DNA from: a virus
Virus record (IMG/VR): IMGVR_UViG_3300030098_000917
Location: 1 to 35,866 of that record
Length of the DNA: 35,866 bases
Strand: one strand, 5' to 3'
The notes beneath the pieces are model-generated. The model was given only the letters and a program-made list of their open reading frames with translations. It had not been told where the DNA came from and made no database searches. This document shows, in pieces, positions 1 through 9,000 of this stretch. Made by a program: the position numbers and the translations under genes. The first letter of the stretch is position 1. The number at the start of each line of letters is the position of its first letter.

Positions 1-99
1 AGTCCGCAGACCACGGACCAGGCTATGTCACTTATGATGATCAGTCGGGGCCATAGGAGCATTGTCATCGTGGATCACCTCCATCTTCCTGATGACCCC
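1..99. repeat. Terminal overlap, copy 1, identical to 35768..35866
   Basis: A base-by-base comparison of the first 99 nt with the last 99 nt shows identity. The repeat covers the 3' end of ORF 28..300, so it looks like a circular-assembly overlap rather than a non-coding T7-type terminal repeat. Confidence 0.95.
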
Positions 100-300
100 G
101 GTTGGGATACAGTTGACGTTGCCGAGCAGGGCCCCATCGTCTTCCCAGCTTCCGGCCACTACGACGTAGCCTTCACCTTCGGACACTAGAACCCCTATCG
201 ACGTTATTTCCGCAGGTCTCAAGGCCCTTACGTCTTCAGGTTCCCACCACGGCTTATCGTGCCCTGTGATGTCTTGCCATTCGACGCGGACGACCTTCAC
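28..300 (-). CDS. Hypothetical protein (90 aa)
   Basis: Minus-strand ORF with a protein-like composition, co-directional with all other genes and 5 nt downstream of ORF 306..539. I recognise no motif. Confidence 0.55.
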   Translation of the reverse strand: MKVVRVEWQDITGHDKPWWEPEDVRALRPAEITSIGVLVSEGEGYVVVAGSWEDDGALLGNVNCIPTGVIRKMEVIHDDNAPMAPTDHHK

Positions 301-305
301 GGCCT

Positions 306-539
306 TCAGCCCTTGGTGCGATCACGGATCTTAAGATCCCAGGGGTTCATGAGGTGACCTACTCGGCCTCTGCCTCCGCCTCTGGGTCCATGGGAGTAGC
401 CCAGGTGTCTGTCACCGTAGCCTCGGGGCCTACGTCGCTTGGAGTCACTGGTGCCCTTCTTCACGGTGGTGGTGACCGTGTTGTAGGTGGTGTTGCCATG
501 CCTATCGGTCGTGGCTACCTGTTTGGTTCTTTCGGCCAT
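306..539 (-). CDS. Hypothetical basic R/G/T-rich protein (77 aa)
   Basis: ATG at 539 lies 6 nt downstream of AAGGAG (plus-strand ctcctt, 546..551). The track start at 542 is a GTG one codon upstream. Low-complexity basic sequence. Confidence 0.45.
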   Translation of the reverse strand: MAERTKQVATTDRHGNTTYNTVTTTVKKGTSDSKRRRPRGYGDRHLGYSHGPRGGGRGRVGHLMNPWDLKIRDRTKG

Positions 540-542
540 CAC

Positions 543-831
543 TGGCTCCTTCCGAGTATTAGCTTATTAGTCTATATGACCTATTAGTCTTAAGAGACTT
601 AATAGGCTTATCGTCTCGTCTACCCCTATCATCTTTTCTTCTTTTCCAGTCTCGGGGGTCTAATTAGTCTTATATGTCCTCCCCTATAGGTCACCTACCT
701 CATTTTTAGGGTCGTTAGACGGTGTCTTTCAGGGACGTCTTACCCCTGTTTAGGGGGTCTTAAAGGCCCATAGGCCCTGAGAGGCCCGTACAGGCTCTCT
801 GTGGGCTTTTCGTCTTTCAATGAGTGGGGAG
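543..831 (-). repeat. AT-rich non-coding region with oriented short repeats, a possible concatemer-junction/packaging region
   Basis: There are 11 copies of GTCT on the plus strand (AGAC on the coding strand) at 570, 587, 613, 618, 649, 658, 667, 724, 737, 757 and 812, against 2 in the opposite orientation. There are three copies of ATTAGTCT(T)A (566, 584, 663). An imperfect palindrome CCTATTAGTCTTAAGAGACTTAATAGG sits at about 580..606. No credible ORF is present. Confidence 0.6.
680..707 (-). promoter_or_regulatory. Candidate phage-RNAP promoter (SP6/T7-like)
   Basis: The minus strand reads AAAAATGAGGTAGGTGACCTATAGGGGAGGA. It shares TAGGTGAC..CTATAG with the SP6 promoter ATTTAGGTGACACTATAG and TATAGGG(G)AG with the T7 initiation region. 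I found only one strong copy in the window. Confidence 0.4.
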
Positions 832-1095
832 TCAGAATGAGTCCCAAAAGGGCGTAGGAGGCTCTTCAGGCTCTTCTGGAGGAAGCTCTGGAGGTCTACC
901 GTCAATGATGTCTTCTGGCAACTGATCCAGCATCGCCTTCATCTCCTCGGCCAGCTCCAGGTGGTCGGTCTTGTCGAGGAGGTACTTCTCGTAGGTGGCG
1001 ACGACGATGTATGCCCTGGCTACCAGATCGCAGTAGGCGGTCTTGTAGTCATCCAGGAGACGGAGGGCTTCCTCATGGGTTAGGTCTGCATCCAT
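832..1095 (-). CDS. Hypothetical acidic protein (87 aa), at the position of T7 gene 19.5
   Basis: Minus-strand ORF overlapping the TerL stop by 16 nt, with an acidic, Pro/Glu-rich C-terminus. Confidence 0.55.
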   Translation of the reverse strand: MDADLTHEEALRLLDDYKTAYCDLVARAYIVVATYEKYLLDKTDHLELAEEMKAMLDQLPEDIIDGRPPELPPEEPEEPPTPFWDSF

Positions 1096-2744
1096 GTGTT
1101 GCCTCTCTTAGGTCTCCCCAGAGCGTGGGTCATAAAGTTCTCAAGCTCATCTCGGAGCTTGGTGTTGTGGGCCTCTTTCATCAGACGGTCCCTGTCAGCT
1201 GCCATCTGCTCGGCCCAGTAGCCCACAGCCATCGACAGGACATCCAGGCGGTCATCGTGAACCAATGCACCCTTCTGCCTGGTGATTCGAGATAGCTGGT
1301 AGAACAGTTGATACTTGAGGGCCTTCTCGGGCGGGAGGTGCTGGGTGGATTGGAAGTCCTGCTCGATCAGACGCCTATCGACCACCAGACGGTGGGAACT
1401 CAAAACTGGCTCTATTGTATCGATAATGCGGCGTTCTTTCTGGATTGAGTGGCGAACTTCCTCGATCTCGACCGGATGGATCTTGGCCATCACGGGCCTC
1501 AGCAGGGACGTATACATGCCGTCACCGAAGTTGGATTCGATGATGACCTTGTTGACATCCTGCTTCTTGGCCAGGGCCGACAGGGCCTTCAGAGTCTCCT
1601 CCTCATAGCCCCCCTGGAGCCCCCCGGCCTCCAAGATGAACAGCTGCGAGTGGAGCATCTTCACGACGGCAAAAGCCGTCTCGTCCTGCCCTCGTCCACT
1701 AGGGTCAATGGCCATCACCGACCCGCTGTAAGGCAGCCACTCGCCTTGGGTGACCATGGGGCGGTAGTACCTGTCGCCGTTGAAGCCGACGTTGGGCAGA
1801 TCGGAGTCCACGAGATCCGGGCTGGCTGCCCAGATCACCTTCTCAGGAGCATTATCGGGGTTCAGGTTCATGACGATAAGGTCACTGAGCTTCAGTGGGT
1901 AGCGGTTCTGGTCACTGAGCGACGTATCGAGCATGAACTGAAGAGCAAAGCCCGTGCGACCGTATGACGCCTCACGCTCCATGAGGTCAATGTCATCGAA
2001 CCGCTGCGGGTCCGTGGGCTTGCCGACGAGTTCACCATCGGCCTTTAGGTCCGATTGGATCTTGGGGGCCAATCGGTCCCCGAGGGACTGGGAGGTCTTC
2101 TCGTCCGGGTAGCGGGCAGGCCAAATGGCCACGTTGTATCCACGCTCAGGTAGGGACGAGTAGATCGACATCTCGGTCTGAGGGGTGCCCAAGAAGATGA
2201 TGCGACCCTCTGGCTTGATGACAGCCTCGAACTCCTTGGTGGCCGTGACCAGCTTGTCCCTCATGCCGCTAGTGGCCGAGTTGTTCAAGGACTCTGCATC
2301 ATCTGAGATGATGAGGTCGGCTCGCTGCCCGGTGATCTGAGAGGTGATGCCTCGGGAGGTGACCGAAGGGGCGTGACTCGCCGGGGCAGGCCCGACGTCA
2401 AACGCGATCTTGGAGTTCCTCTGGTTCTCATTGGGCTTGAGGTGCTGGAGGATCGGCATCTCCTCGATCAACCGGAGCGTGAAGGTCGAGAAGTCATCGG
2501 CTCGTTGCTTGGAGGCCGAGACGACCAGAATGTTCTTAGAGGGATCGAGAAGAAGTTGGTGACACACAAATGCAGAGGTGATCCAACTCTTCCCGACCCC
2601 TCGGAATGCCTGGATGCAGATACGGCGGGGGCCGTTCTGGAGATATTCAGCGATGTCGTACTGAATCGGCGTAGGGTCCGGGAGACGCAGGTGATCCCAC
2701 GCCAGGTAGAGGAAGTTTCGGAAATCCGTTAGTCGCTGATCCAT
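1080..2744 (-). CDS. terL: Terminase large subunit (T7 gp19-like)
   Basis: 554 aa. A Walker A-like motif AFRGVGKSW lies near the N-terminus. Its size and its position at the end of the structural module match T7-like TerL. Confidence 0.9.
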   Translation of the reverse strand: MDQRLTDFRNFLYLAWDHLRLPDPTPIQYDIAEYLQNGPRRICIQAFRGVGKSWITSAFVCHQLLLDPSKNILVVSASKQRADDFSTFTLRLIEEMPILQHLKPNENQRNSKIAFDVGPAPASHAPSVTSRGITSQITGQRADLIISDDAESLNNSATSGMRDKLVTATKEFEAVIKPEGRIIFLGTPQTEMSIYSSLPERGYNVAIWPARYPDEKTSQSLGDRLAPKIQSDLKADGELVGKPTDPQRFDDIDLMEREASYGRTGFALQFMLDTSLSDQNRYPLKLSDLIVMNLNPDNAPEKVIWAASPDLVDSDLPNVGFNGDRYYRPMVTQGEWLPYSGSVMAIDPSGRGQDETAFAVVKMLHSQLFILEAGGLQGGYEEETLKALSALAKKQDVNKVIIESNFGDGMYTSLLRPVMAKIHPVEIEEVRHSIQKERRIIDTIEPVLSSHRLVVDRRLIEQDFQSTQHLPPEKALKYQLFYQLSRITRQKGALVHDDRLDVLSMAVGYWAEQMAADRDRLMKEAHNTKLRDELENFMTHALGRPKRGNTWMQT

Positions 2745-2750
2745 ATGTGG

Positions 2751-3053
2751 TTACTTGTTGCTAAGTACTTTCGGGCTAGTATTATTACTTGCGTTGCTGC
2801 CACCACTAGAAGAGTTGTTCCAGCCACCGCCACCGCCGCCACTTCCGTTGAACCAGTTGTTAAGTCCACCTGGGGGATCACCAATTGGCGAGGGGCCCTC
2901 GTTGGCACCAATGCGGCTACAGACCCACCGCCCTTTAATCTTCTTCGCTTCAAAGCCCTCTGGGCATCTGGGCCGTCTCTCAAGACCATGGTTCGTAACC
3001 TTGCGGATACGAAGATCGTTATTGGGGCTGGAGTTCTTACGCTTCTTCTTCAT
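2751..3053 (-). CDS. Small protein with a basic N-terminus, a Cys pair and a Gly/Asn/Ser-rich tail (100 aa)
   Basis: ATGA start/stop overlap with the upstream TerS-like ORF at 3050..3053. The sequence runs MKKKRK...CPEGFEAKKIKGRWVC...GSGGGGGGWNNSSSGGSN. It sits at the T7 18.5/18.7 position but has no TM segment or lipobox. Confidence 0.5.
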   Translation of the reverse strand: MKKKRKNSSPNNDLRIRKVTNHGLERRPRCPEGFEAKKIKGRWVCSRIGANEGPSPIGDPPGGLNNWFNGSGGGGGGWNNSSSGGSNASNNTSPKVLSNK

Positions 3054-3301
3054 CCGGCTTCCTCCACAGGGGCTTCGGGGTCAAATGGTAATACGCGAGC
3101 GAGGTTAATCAGCGGCTCGCTCTTCTGGGCACTGGCGTCAATGCCGTTGTCCTTGAGGAACTTGATGGCCGCAGCCAGTTCGGCAGCAGTTGCCTCACCG
3201 GATTGAATACGAGCAAGAAGCTCCTCGGCCAGGGACTTGTGAATGTTGGTCAGCAGGTCGTTGAGTTGATTATCCATCAGGCCCACTCCTTGAATATCCA
3301 T
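3050..3301 (-). CDS. Terminase small subunit candidate (T7 gp18-like)
   Basis: 83 aa helical protein just upstream of TerL. The ...AAELAAAIKFLKDNGID... segment resembles small terminases of T7/phiKMV-like phages as I remember them. Confidence 0.55.
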   Translation of the reverse strand: MDIQGVGLMDNQLNDLLTNIHKSLAEELLARIQSGEATAAELAAAIKFLKDNGIDASAQKSEPLINLARVLPFDPEAPVEEAG

Positions 3302-3495
3302 GAGATGATTGTGGCAGCGACAGACCCCACCACAGCTGCTCCGCCCAACAGGGCTGCACGGCCCTGCTCTAGTACCCGGACACGCTTGTCGATGCGGTCC
3401 ATCTCCTCAGCGTGGGAGCGTTGCATGTGGATCAAGGACTCCACCTTGCCCTCCAATCGGCCAAGGGCCAGGAGGATGTCTCTTGAGTCGTCCAT
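3277..3495 (-). CDS. Small coiled-coil protein with a C-terminal TM segment, a possible holin at the T7 17.5 position
   Basis: 72 aa. The hydrophobic stretch ALLGGAAVVGSVAATIISWIF lies at the C-terminus. The gene is located between the tail fibre genes and TerS, as T7 gene 17.5 is. Confidence 0.45.
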   Translation of the reverse strand: MDDSRDILLALGRLEGKVESLIHMQRSHAEEMDRIDKRVRVLEQGRAALLGGAAVVGSVAATIISWIFKEWA

Positions 3496-3503
3496 AGGTC
3501 ACC

Positions 3504-3992
3504 TTATGCGAAGTAGAAGCCAGTGATGATCATGCTTACTTGGGTGCTGGCAGGGATCTGTGTATCGCTCATGCCCCCAAGATTCTCAGAAGTCGTTGTG
3601 GGATTCTTGTACAAAGAAATCTTTGATTCCCCACCGTTTACGCTGGCACTGAGAGAGGGATCACAGTCGATCTTATCGTTCGGCCGAATCGAAACCGCCG
3701 ACAACGCAGCTGCCGCCGACGCCACAGGCAGGCCCTCAACAGACAGTGTTCCTGTATTCGTTGCACGATTGAATGCCAGGTTGCAGGTGAAGTAGACTAC
3801 GTTTCCAATTCGAGTGAACTGTCCCGTAGTTGAACCCGCGACCGTAATGGCCGTGGTCCCAATCTTGACCACTGGGGTCCAGGTGCCCTCATCGTAGACC
3901 GTGAGGTTGTCTTCGCCGACGTTGATTCCAGTGAAGACCGGGGTTTGACCCTTGTTGGTCTGCACCACAGTAGTTGATAGCTTGGTGACCAT
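3504..3992 (-). CDS. Tail fibre-associated or receptor-binding structural protein (162 aa)
   Basis: The start is trimmed to MVTKLSTTVV (ATG 3992), which removes the overlap with the tail fibre gene. The composition is beta-rich and T/G/S/V-rich, and the gene is immediately downstream of the fibre gene. Confidence 0.5.
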   Translation of the reverse strand: MVTKLSTTVVQTNKGQTPVFTGINVGEDNLTVYDEGTWTPVVKIGTTAITVAGSTTGQFTRIGNVVYFTCNLAFNRATNTGTLSVEGLPVASAAAALSAVSIRPNDKIDCDPSLSASVNGGESKISLYKNPTTTSENLGGMSDTQIPASTQVSMIITGFYFA

Positions 3993-4018
3993 TATTGGAC
4001 TCTTGTTATGAGGAGTTA

Positions 4019-6028
4019 TTAAGCGATTTCGATAGCGGTGAGGGTCGCAAAACCGGCTTTGGGGTAGCACCGAACCTTGTTGTTGGCTTGTCTGTTGCTC
4101 ACAGCAAGATCATATCGGTGCATGTTCGTAGTTCCGGCGACTCGTTGAACAAACATAGTGGGCCGTTGGTAGAACAAGGTCTGATGGGCTACGGATGTTG
4201 ACACTCGGTGGTGGTGATGCTCGACTATTTGAGTAGCATCAGAACCAAAGTCATTGCCATTCGACTTTTCGTGAATATGACCTAATGAAGTAGCATCGGT
4301 ATGCGTGACATCAGGGTCCTCACCACCGCTTTGGTAAGAACCATCCTGGAACGTCACTGACTGGCCCACAGTCTCATGATGAGCACGAACGTAGTGTCGA
4401 TATAACGAGCCGGTCAGTCCATCGTAGCCCGAAGCGGGGGCCACTCCAGCCGCAGCTTGGGTGGTTGTTCCATCAGTTCTGAAGTAGATTTTAGCATCAG
4501 TTTGGACGCCTCCTGTGCCACTTGTAACCTCGCTGTGTAGGAGAGGCACCGCAATCAGAAGGATGTGTGAATCGGCCGATGCAGGCTGAATGTTGACCGA
4601 AAGACCGTACAGTCGATAGTCATCAATTGCGGTAATCTCGTGGTAATCCTGCTCACTGACATTTGCCGACTCATCGTAAGTGGCAGTGACGATCTGGCGG
4701 ATTGTCATTGAGCCGGTGATAAGCCCAGTGACATTGACGGTCCCCGATAACGTGGTGGTGCCCGAGACGTCTAAGGAACCGCCGATAGTCGTATTACCTG
4801 TGACCGTGCAGTTTCCGCCGATGCTGGCGTCATCGCTGACCGTGAGATCGTCGCCCACTGTGACATCGCCGCTCGCATCAAAGTCGCCTGAGATGTCAGT
4901 GTTTCCGTTGTATTTGATGGACGCAACACTGTCGTCGCCGTCACGGATATCAAAGGCTTTGTTGCCTTCCACGCCACCTTCGGCACCCTGAATGAAGACC
5001 CGGCCTTGGTTTACTCCCCCGCTATCTTCGGAGACCTGAGCCAGGACGCCAAAATTATTTTCGTCGGCGCTTGCCTGGTTCTTGACCTCAATGCGATCAG
5101 AGGCGATCTCGGTGTTGGCGTCCTGTGAGTCGCCCCCAACCTGGATCTTCCCGTCGGCATTGACCGAGAACAGCTCGTTGTCTGAAGAGTCCACAGCCTG
5201 GATAAGGTCTTCCGACTGGCCGATGTTCCCCTTGACCGTAAGGCCCACGCTTGAGGTGGTCTCAGGGATGATGGGCTGCTTGATGTAATTTCGAGCCACC
5301 CCGAAGTTCTGAATAGTCACGGTGTCGCTATCTTCCAGATCCTCGCTGCCCATCTTCAGTGTGAAGGTGTAGACACCGCCTACTTCTTCGACCGTGAAAT
5401 CGGTGTCAGGTCTTTGGATAAACCCCTCGTAAGACACCATGTAAAGGTCGTTGTTGTCTCCACTGGGGGTGGGGTCGGTAAGCACGAGCGTGCAGTCCCC
5501 GGTATCCCCGGTGAAATCTCCGCCAACTTTGTGCCAAGTTTGTGGAAGACTGACACCACCACCGTAGAGAGCCCTGCCATCTACATAGTATTTGGTGACC
5601 GCATCCTTATCGGCTACTTCTGATCCCAGATCCTTGATCCGCTTGTTTCCTGCGGTGTAGTGCCCGTCATAGTCAATGGGAAGACTAGACGCACCAGTCT
5701 CATTGGCTTCCTGAGCCAGATAGAGCAGCTGCAAACAGGCTTTGTCGAGATCCGCTTCGGCCAGGACAGATCCGTCTTGGAAATCAACGAGCATGATTTT
5801 GCTGTCAGCTTCGCGGCCAGGGGTCAGACGGTATACCCGGATCATTTGACCTGCGGAGGCCGCAGAGTCTAACACCACATTTTCTCCCACGATGGAGAAG
5901 GCGGAGCTCACTACACCGTCGATCTTTACCTTGACATGAGAGGCGTCGATGTACGGGAAATTGATTTGAAAGGTAGTGTTACCTGGGGCGCTACCTGTCG
6001 CCGTGTAGTTCGTGTAGGTGATGGCCAT
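4019..6028 (-). CDS. Tail fibre protein (T7 gp17-like N-terminal domain)
   Basis: 669 aa. The N-terminus MAITYTNYTATGS...FQINFPYIDASHVKVKIDGV...VYRLTPGRE...FQDGSVLAEADLD...LQLLYLAQEANE matches the pattern of the T7 tail-fibre N-terminal (tail-attachment) domain. The central part has GD/GN-rich beta-helix-like repeats. Confidence 0.85.
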   Translation of the reverse strand: MAITYTNYTATGSAPGNTTFQINFPYIDASHVKVKIDGVVSSAFSIVGENVVLDSAASAGQMIRVYRLTPGREADSKIMLVDFQDGSVLAEADLDKACLQLLYLAQEANETGASSLPIDYDGHYTAGNKRIKDLGSEVADKDAVTKYYVDGRALYGGGVSLPQTWHKVGGDFTGDTGDCTLVLTDPTPSGDNNDLYMVSYEGFIQRPDTDFTVEEVGGVYTFTLKMGSEDLEDSDTVTIQNFGVARNYIKQPIIPETTSSVGLTVKGNIGQSEDLIQAVDSSDNELFSVNADGKIQVGGDSQDANTEIASDRIEVKNQASADENNFGVLAQVSEDSGGVNQGRVFIQGAEGGVEGNKAFDIRDGDDSVASIKYNGNTDISGDFDASGDVTVGDDLTVSDDASIGGNCTVTGNTTIGGSLDVSGTTTLSGTVNVTGLITGSMTIRQIVTATYDESANVSEQDYHEITAIDDYRLYGLSVNIQPASADSHILLIAVPLLHSEVTSGTGGVQTDAKIYFRTDGTTTQAAAGVAPASGYDGLTGSLYRHYVRAHHETVGQSVTFQDGSYQSGGEDPDVTHTDATSLGHIHEKSNGNDFGSDATQIVEHHHHRVSTSVAHQTLFYQRPTMFVQRVAGTTNMHRYDLAVSNRQANNKVRCYPKAGFATLTAIEIA

Positions 6029-6041
6029 GATTTACCTCGGC

Positions 6042-9000
6042 TCAATAATCCAGTAGAGGCTGGATATCGCGGCCAGTCCTCCGATAGTGCTTAAGTTGGG
6101 TGTTGCGGTCATAGAGCCCCTTGACTTCAGGGAACTCACGAAGGGCCTCATCTTTGGCGAGAGCCCGATACTTCCGAATGACTTTCTGGAGCTCGTTGAT
6201 CCGGGGACTTTCGACCCCTTGCATGTCCTCGATCGGAAGATTCTGGTAGCGAGGGGAGCGGATCAGATCCTTCATGGCCTGGCGGAACGTGCGGCCTCCA
6301 ATGCGGACGCGGCCGTGGAGTTCCAACCATCGGTCATAGAAAGACTGCCCCTTCGAGTTTCTGTATTGAGTCGTGTCGATCGCGTTGACCACCCGGCTCG
6401 GGGGACCAAAGGCGTTCTGGTGCCCGAGCATGTCCAGCTCGTTCATCACCACATCGTCCTTGACCTTGCTGTAGTGGATCGGAGCAGGCCACAGGACATC
6501 AGGACGCTCGACCTCCTCGCCGAAGATGTTTCGACGAGGCTCTACCTTCGAGGTGATGCCAAGGGCTTCAAGGTCGGATTCGCCCGTGAGGCCGTACTTG
6601 GCCCGCATGGCGTCCAGGACTCCACGGATCTCCTGCTGGTAATCATCAGCCCCAATGGTCTGACCAGCCATGGAGGAGAACGGCATCATCGAGGAGATCG
6701 TCTGCTCCAAGTAGGACGAATCGTAGCGATCAGGGTTCGAGAGCACGTTGGCCGCTCGGGCCATGCCCGTCAGGTAGCTCTTGTTGGTCACGTTGCGAGC
6801 CGCAGCGTTGATCACAGCACCGACGAGAGCCTGAAGACTCTCCTGCTCCTCGGGGGGAGCGGCAGCCATGACCTCACTGACGTCAGCGATGGTGCCGAAG
6901 AAGGAGGCAAAGGGATCGAAGCGGCGGTAGCTGAACCACTCATCGCCGACCCGGATGCTGTAGGGCTGCCAGCCTGTGGCTTCCTTGAGCTTCCGTTCGG
7001 CCGGGTTGGTCGGCCCACCGCCGGTAATGATGCCGGAGTGAACAGCCATGACGCCACCGAAGGTGAGCATGGCTCCCGTGGACAAACGGCCTACGAGGTC
7101 TTCCTTGGCGGGGCCCTCCTTGGCCAGGATGTCAGCAGTCTCGCCGTTGATCTTCTTCCAATGCTTGACGCTGCCCTTGTAGCCCATCTTGCCCAAGTCG
7201 GCCCAAGCACCCACGGTGCGGTCGAGGTAGAAGGCAAGGAGGTTGGTAGGCGTTCTGATGAACGGCGTCACCAGACGGAGCAGCGGCAGGTCGTTGACGA
7301 GCTGATTGTACTTACCGGCCGCTCGGACCAGTCGGGCTCGATCAGGATCGTTTAGGTCACGAGTGTAGGTGATGTCTCGGCCGTACTGGATGGCATTCTT
7401 CGCCAATTCGCCTCGGGTGTTGACCCCGGAGTCCTCATCGACAAAGGCTTTCCAGTTCTTATCCATCAGCTGCTTGACACGGGCCCTGACCGCAGCGTTC
7501 CGCTCACCAATGTCGGAGATCCCACGAGCAGCCACCTCATCAGCAGCCTGACGCTCGGCGTTCAGACGCACCGTCTTGTAGGAGTAGTGCTGACCGTCCA
7601 CAATCATCCTATTCATGCCCTCTTCGACATGACGAGCCAGGGCCATTCCGGTCTTATTGGCCTTGGCTCCCTCAGCGAACAGGCCCTCACGAACCGTGGC
7701 CCTGTAGTTCAGGTGCTTGAAGAAGGCATCTTCAGCCATCAGGAAGCGGCTGGGCAGGTTCAGAGCTTTGCCGATCCAGTTGACCGCTGAGTTGCCCACG
7801 GTGTTGTTGACCCACCGAGGCGTGTTGCCGGAGGCAATAGCCCGGTCATAGCCAGTCTTGGTGTCAATGACGCCGATCTGGTCAAGGTCGTCGCCCCAGT
7901 TCTTGAAGGACGACGCAGCGGCCGAGAAGGCGTCCTGCATCTGACTGGCCAAATGGACGTAGAACTTCAGATCATCCGCAGCCTTGCCGAACTGGAGCGT
8001 GGCTGCATGGCCCACGAACCGCTCAAACGGGAGGAACAGGGTGTTGATCGTGTTCGAGGTCATGTTGACCATGTGGGTCAAGGGGCCCGACAGGATCGAG
8101 TTGAGCCAATACTCAACGAACATTTCGGAGTAGCGGGCTCGGTCCTGGAGGTACTTGGTGGCTGCACCCTCTCCCTGTGTTTTCCGTACTGCGGTGTATC
8201 GGGCAGCCATCTTCTGAACCTGATCCCGGCCCTTGGCCATATCACCGCCACCGAGCTCTGCCAGAGTTTCGTTGACGAACCGGGGATCGGCATCGTCAAG
8301 GACTTCCATAGGGATCAACTCCCTGTCAGGAAGCATATCGGTGCCTTGGATTCTTTGGGCTCCAAGGGCCTGAGCAATCTTCTCTTGGTTTCGTTTGACG
8401 AGGACGCCGACGGCTTCGGCCCGCTGCTGTACCAGAAGGAACCGGACTTGATCTTCAGCTGTTCCGGTGAGGGCCTTCTCAGCCAGCTTATCTGCTTTGT
8501 GGACGTACTGTTGATGGTAGTTCCGAAGGACGTTCTGCTTTGCAATCACCTCTTCCAGCTGGCCGGTGCTGTCCAGTTCATCGAGTTGACGGCGAGACAG
8601 TCCACGAGCACCCATGGCCCTGAACTCTTCATTGACAGCCTGGGCGTCGTCACGAACCTCGTCATGGGGCTTCCGACGAACCTTGGCGAGCTCTTCCTGA
8701 AACTCCGGTGAGCCGGTGCGGACTTGAGCGTCCAGCATTCGATCGACTTCCTCGACCTCAGACAGACGGTTGAGGTTGTAGGGATGTCCCGCTTCTTTGC
8801 GGCGGCGAACTCCCTGCCTATCGACATAGGGGGTTCCTGCCGGAGACCTGGCTCCTGCGGGGATACCAGATTGCTCGTTCTGAAGCCTCTTGAGGTGACG
8901 GATCTGGCCGGGCTTGGCCTTTGTGGGCCAATCGGAACCATGCTCCTGTTCGAGCCTAGCCTCGTAATCAGCGACTTTATTCGTTGCCTCAGTGGATTGA

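Noticed and set aside
6087-7355. Long plus-strand ORFs throughout the window, for example 6087..7355, 7953..8711, 14600..15424, 23448..24584, 26813..27865, 27832..28770 and 31821..32720
   Set aside because: Each lies antisense to a minus-strand gene with strong motif and synteny support. Their translations are R/G/P/L/H-rich and low in Lys, Asn and Ile, as expected for shadow ORFs in GC-rich coding DNA. None has a convincing RBS or a recognisable motif.
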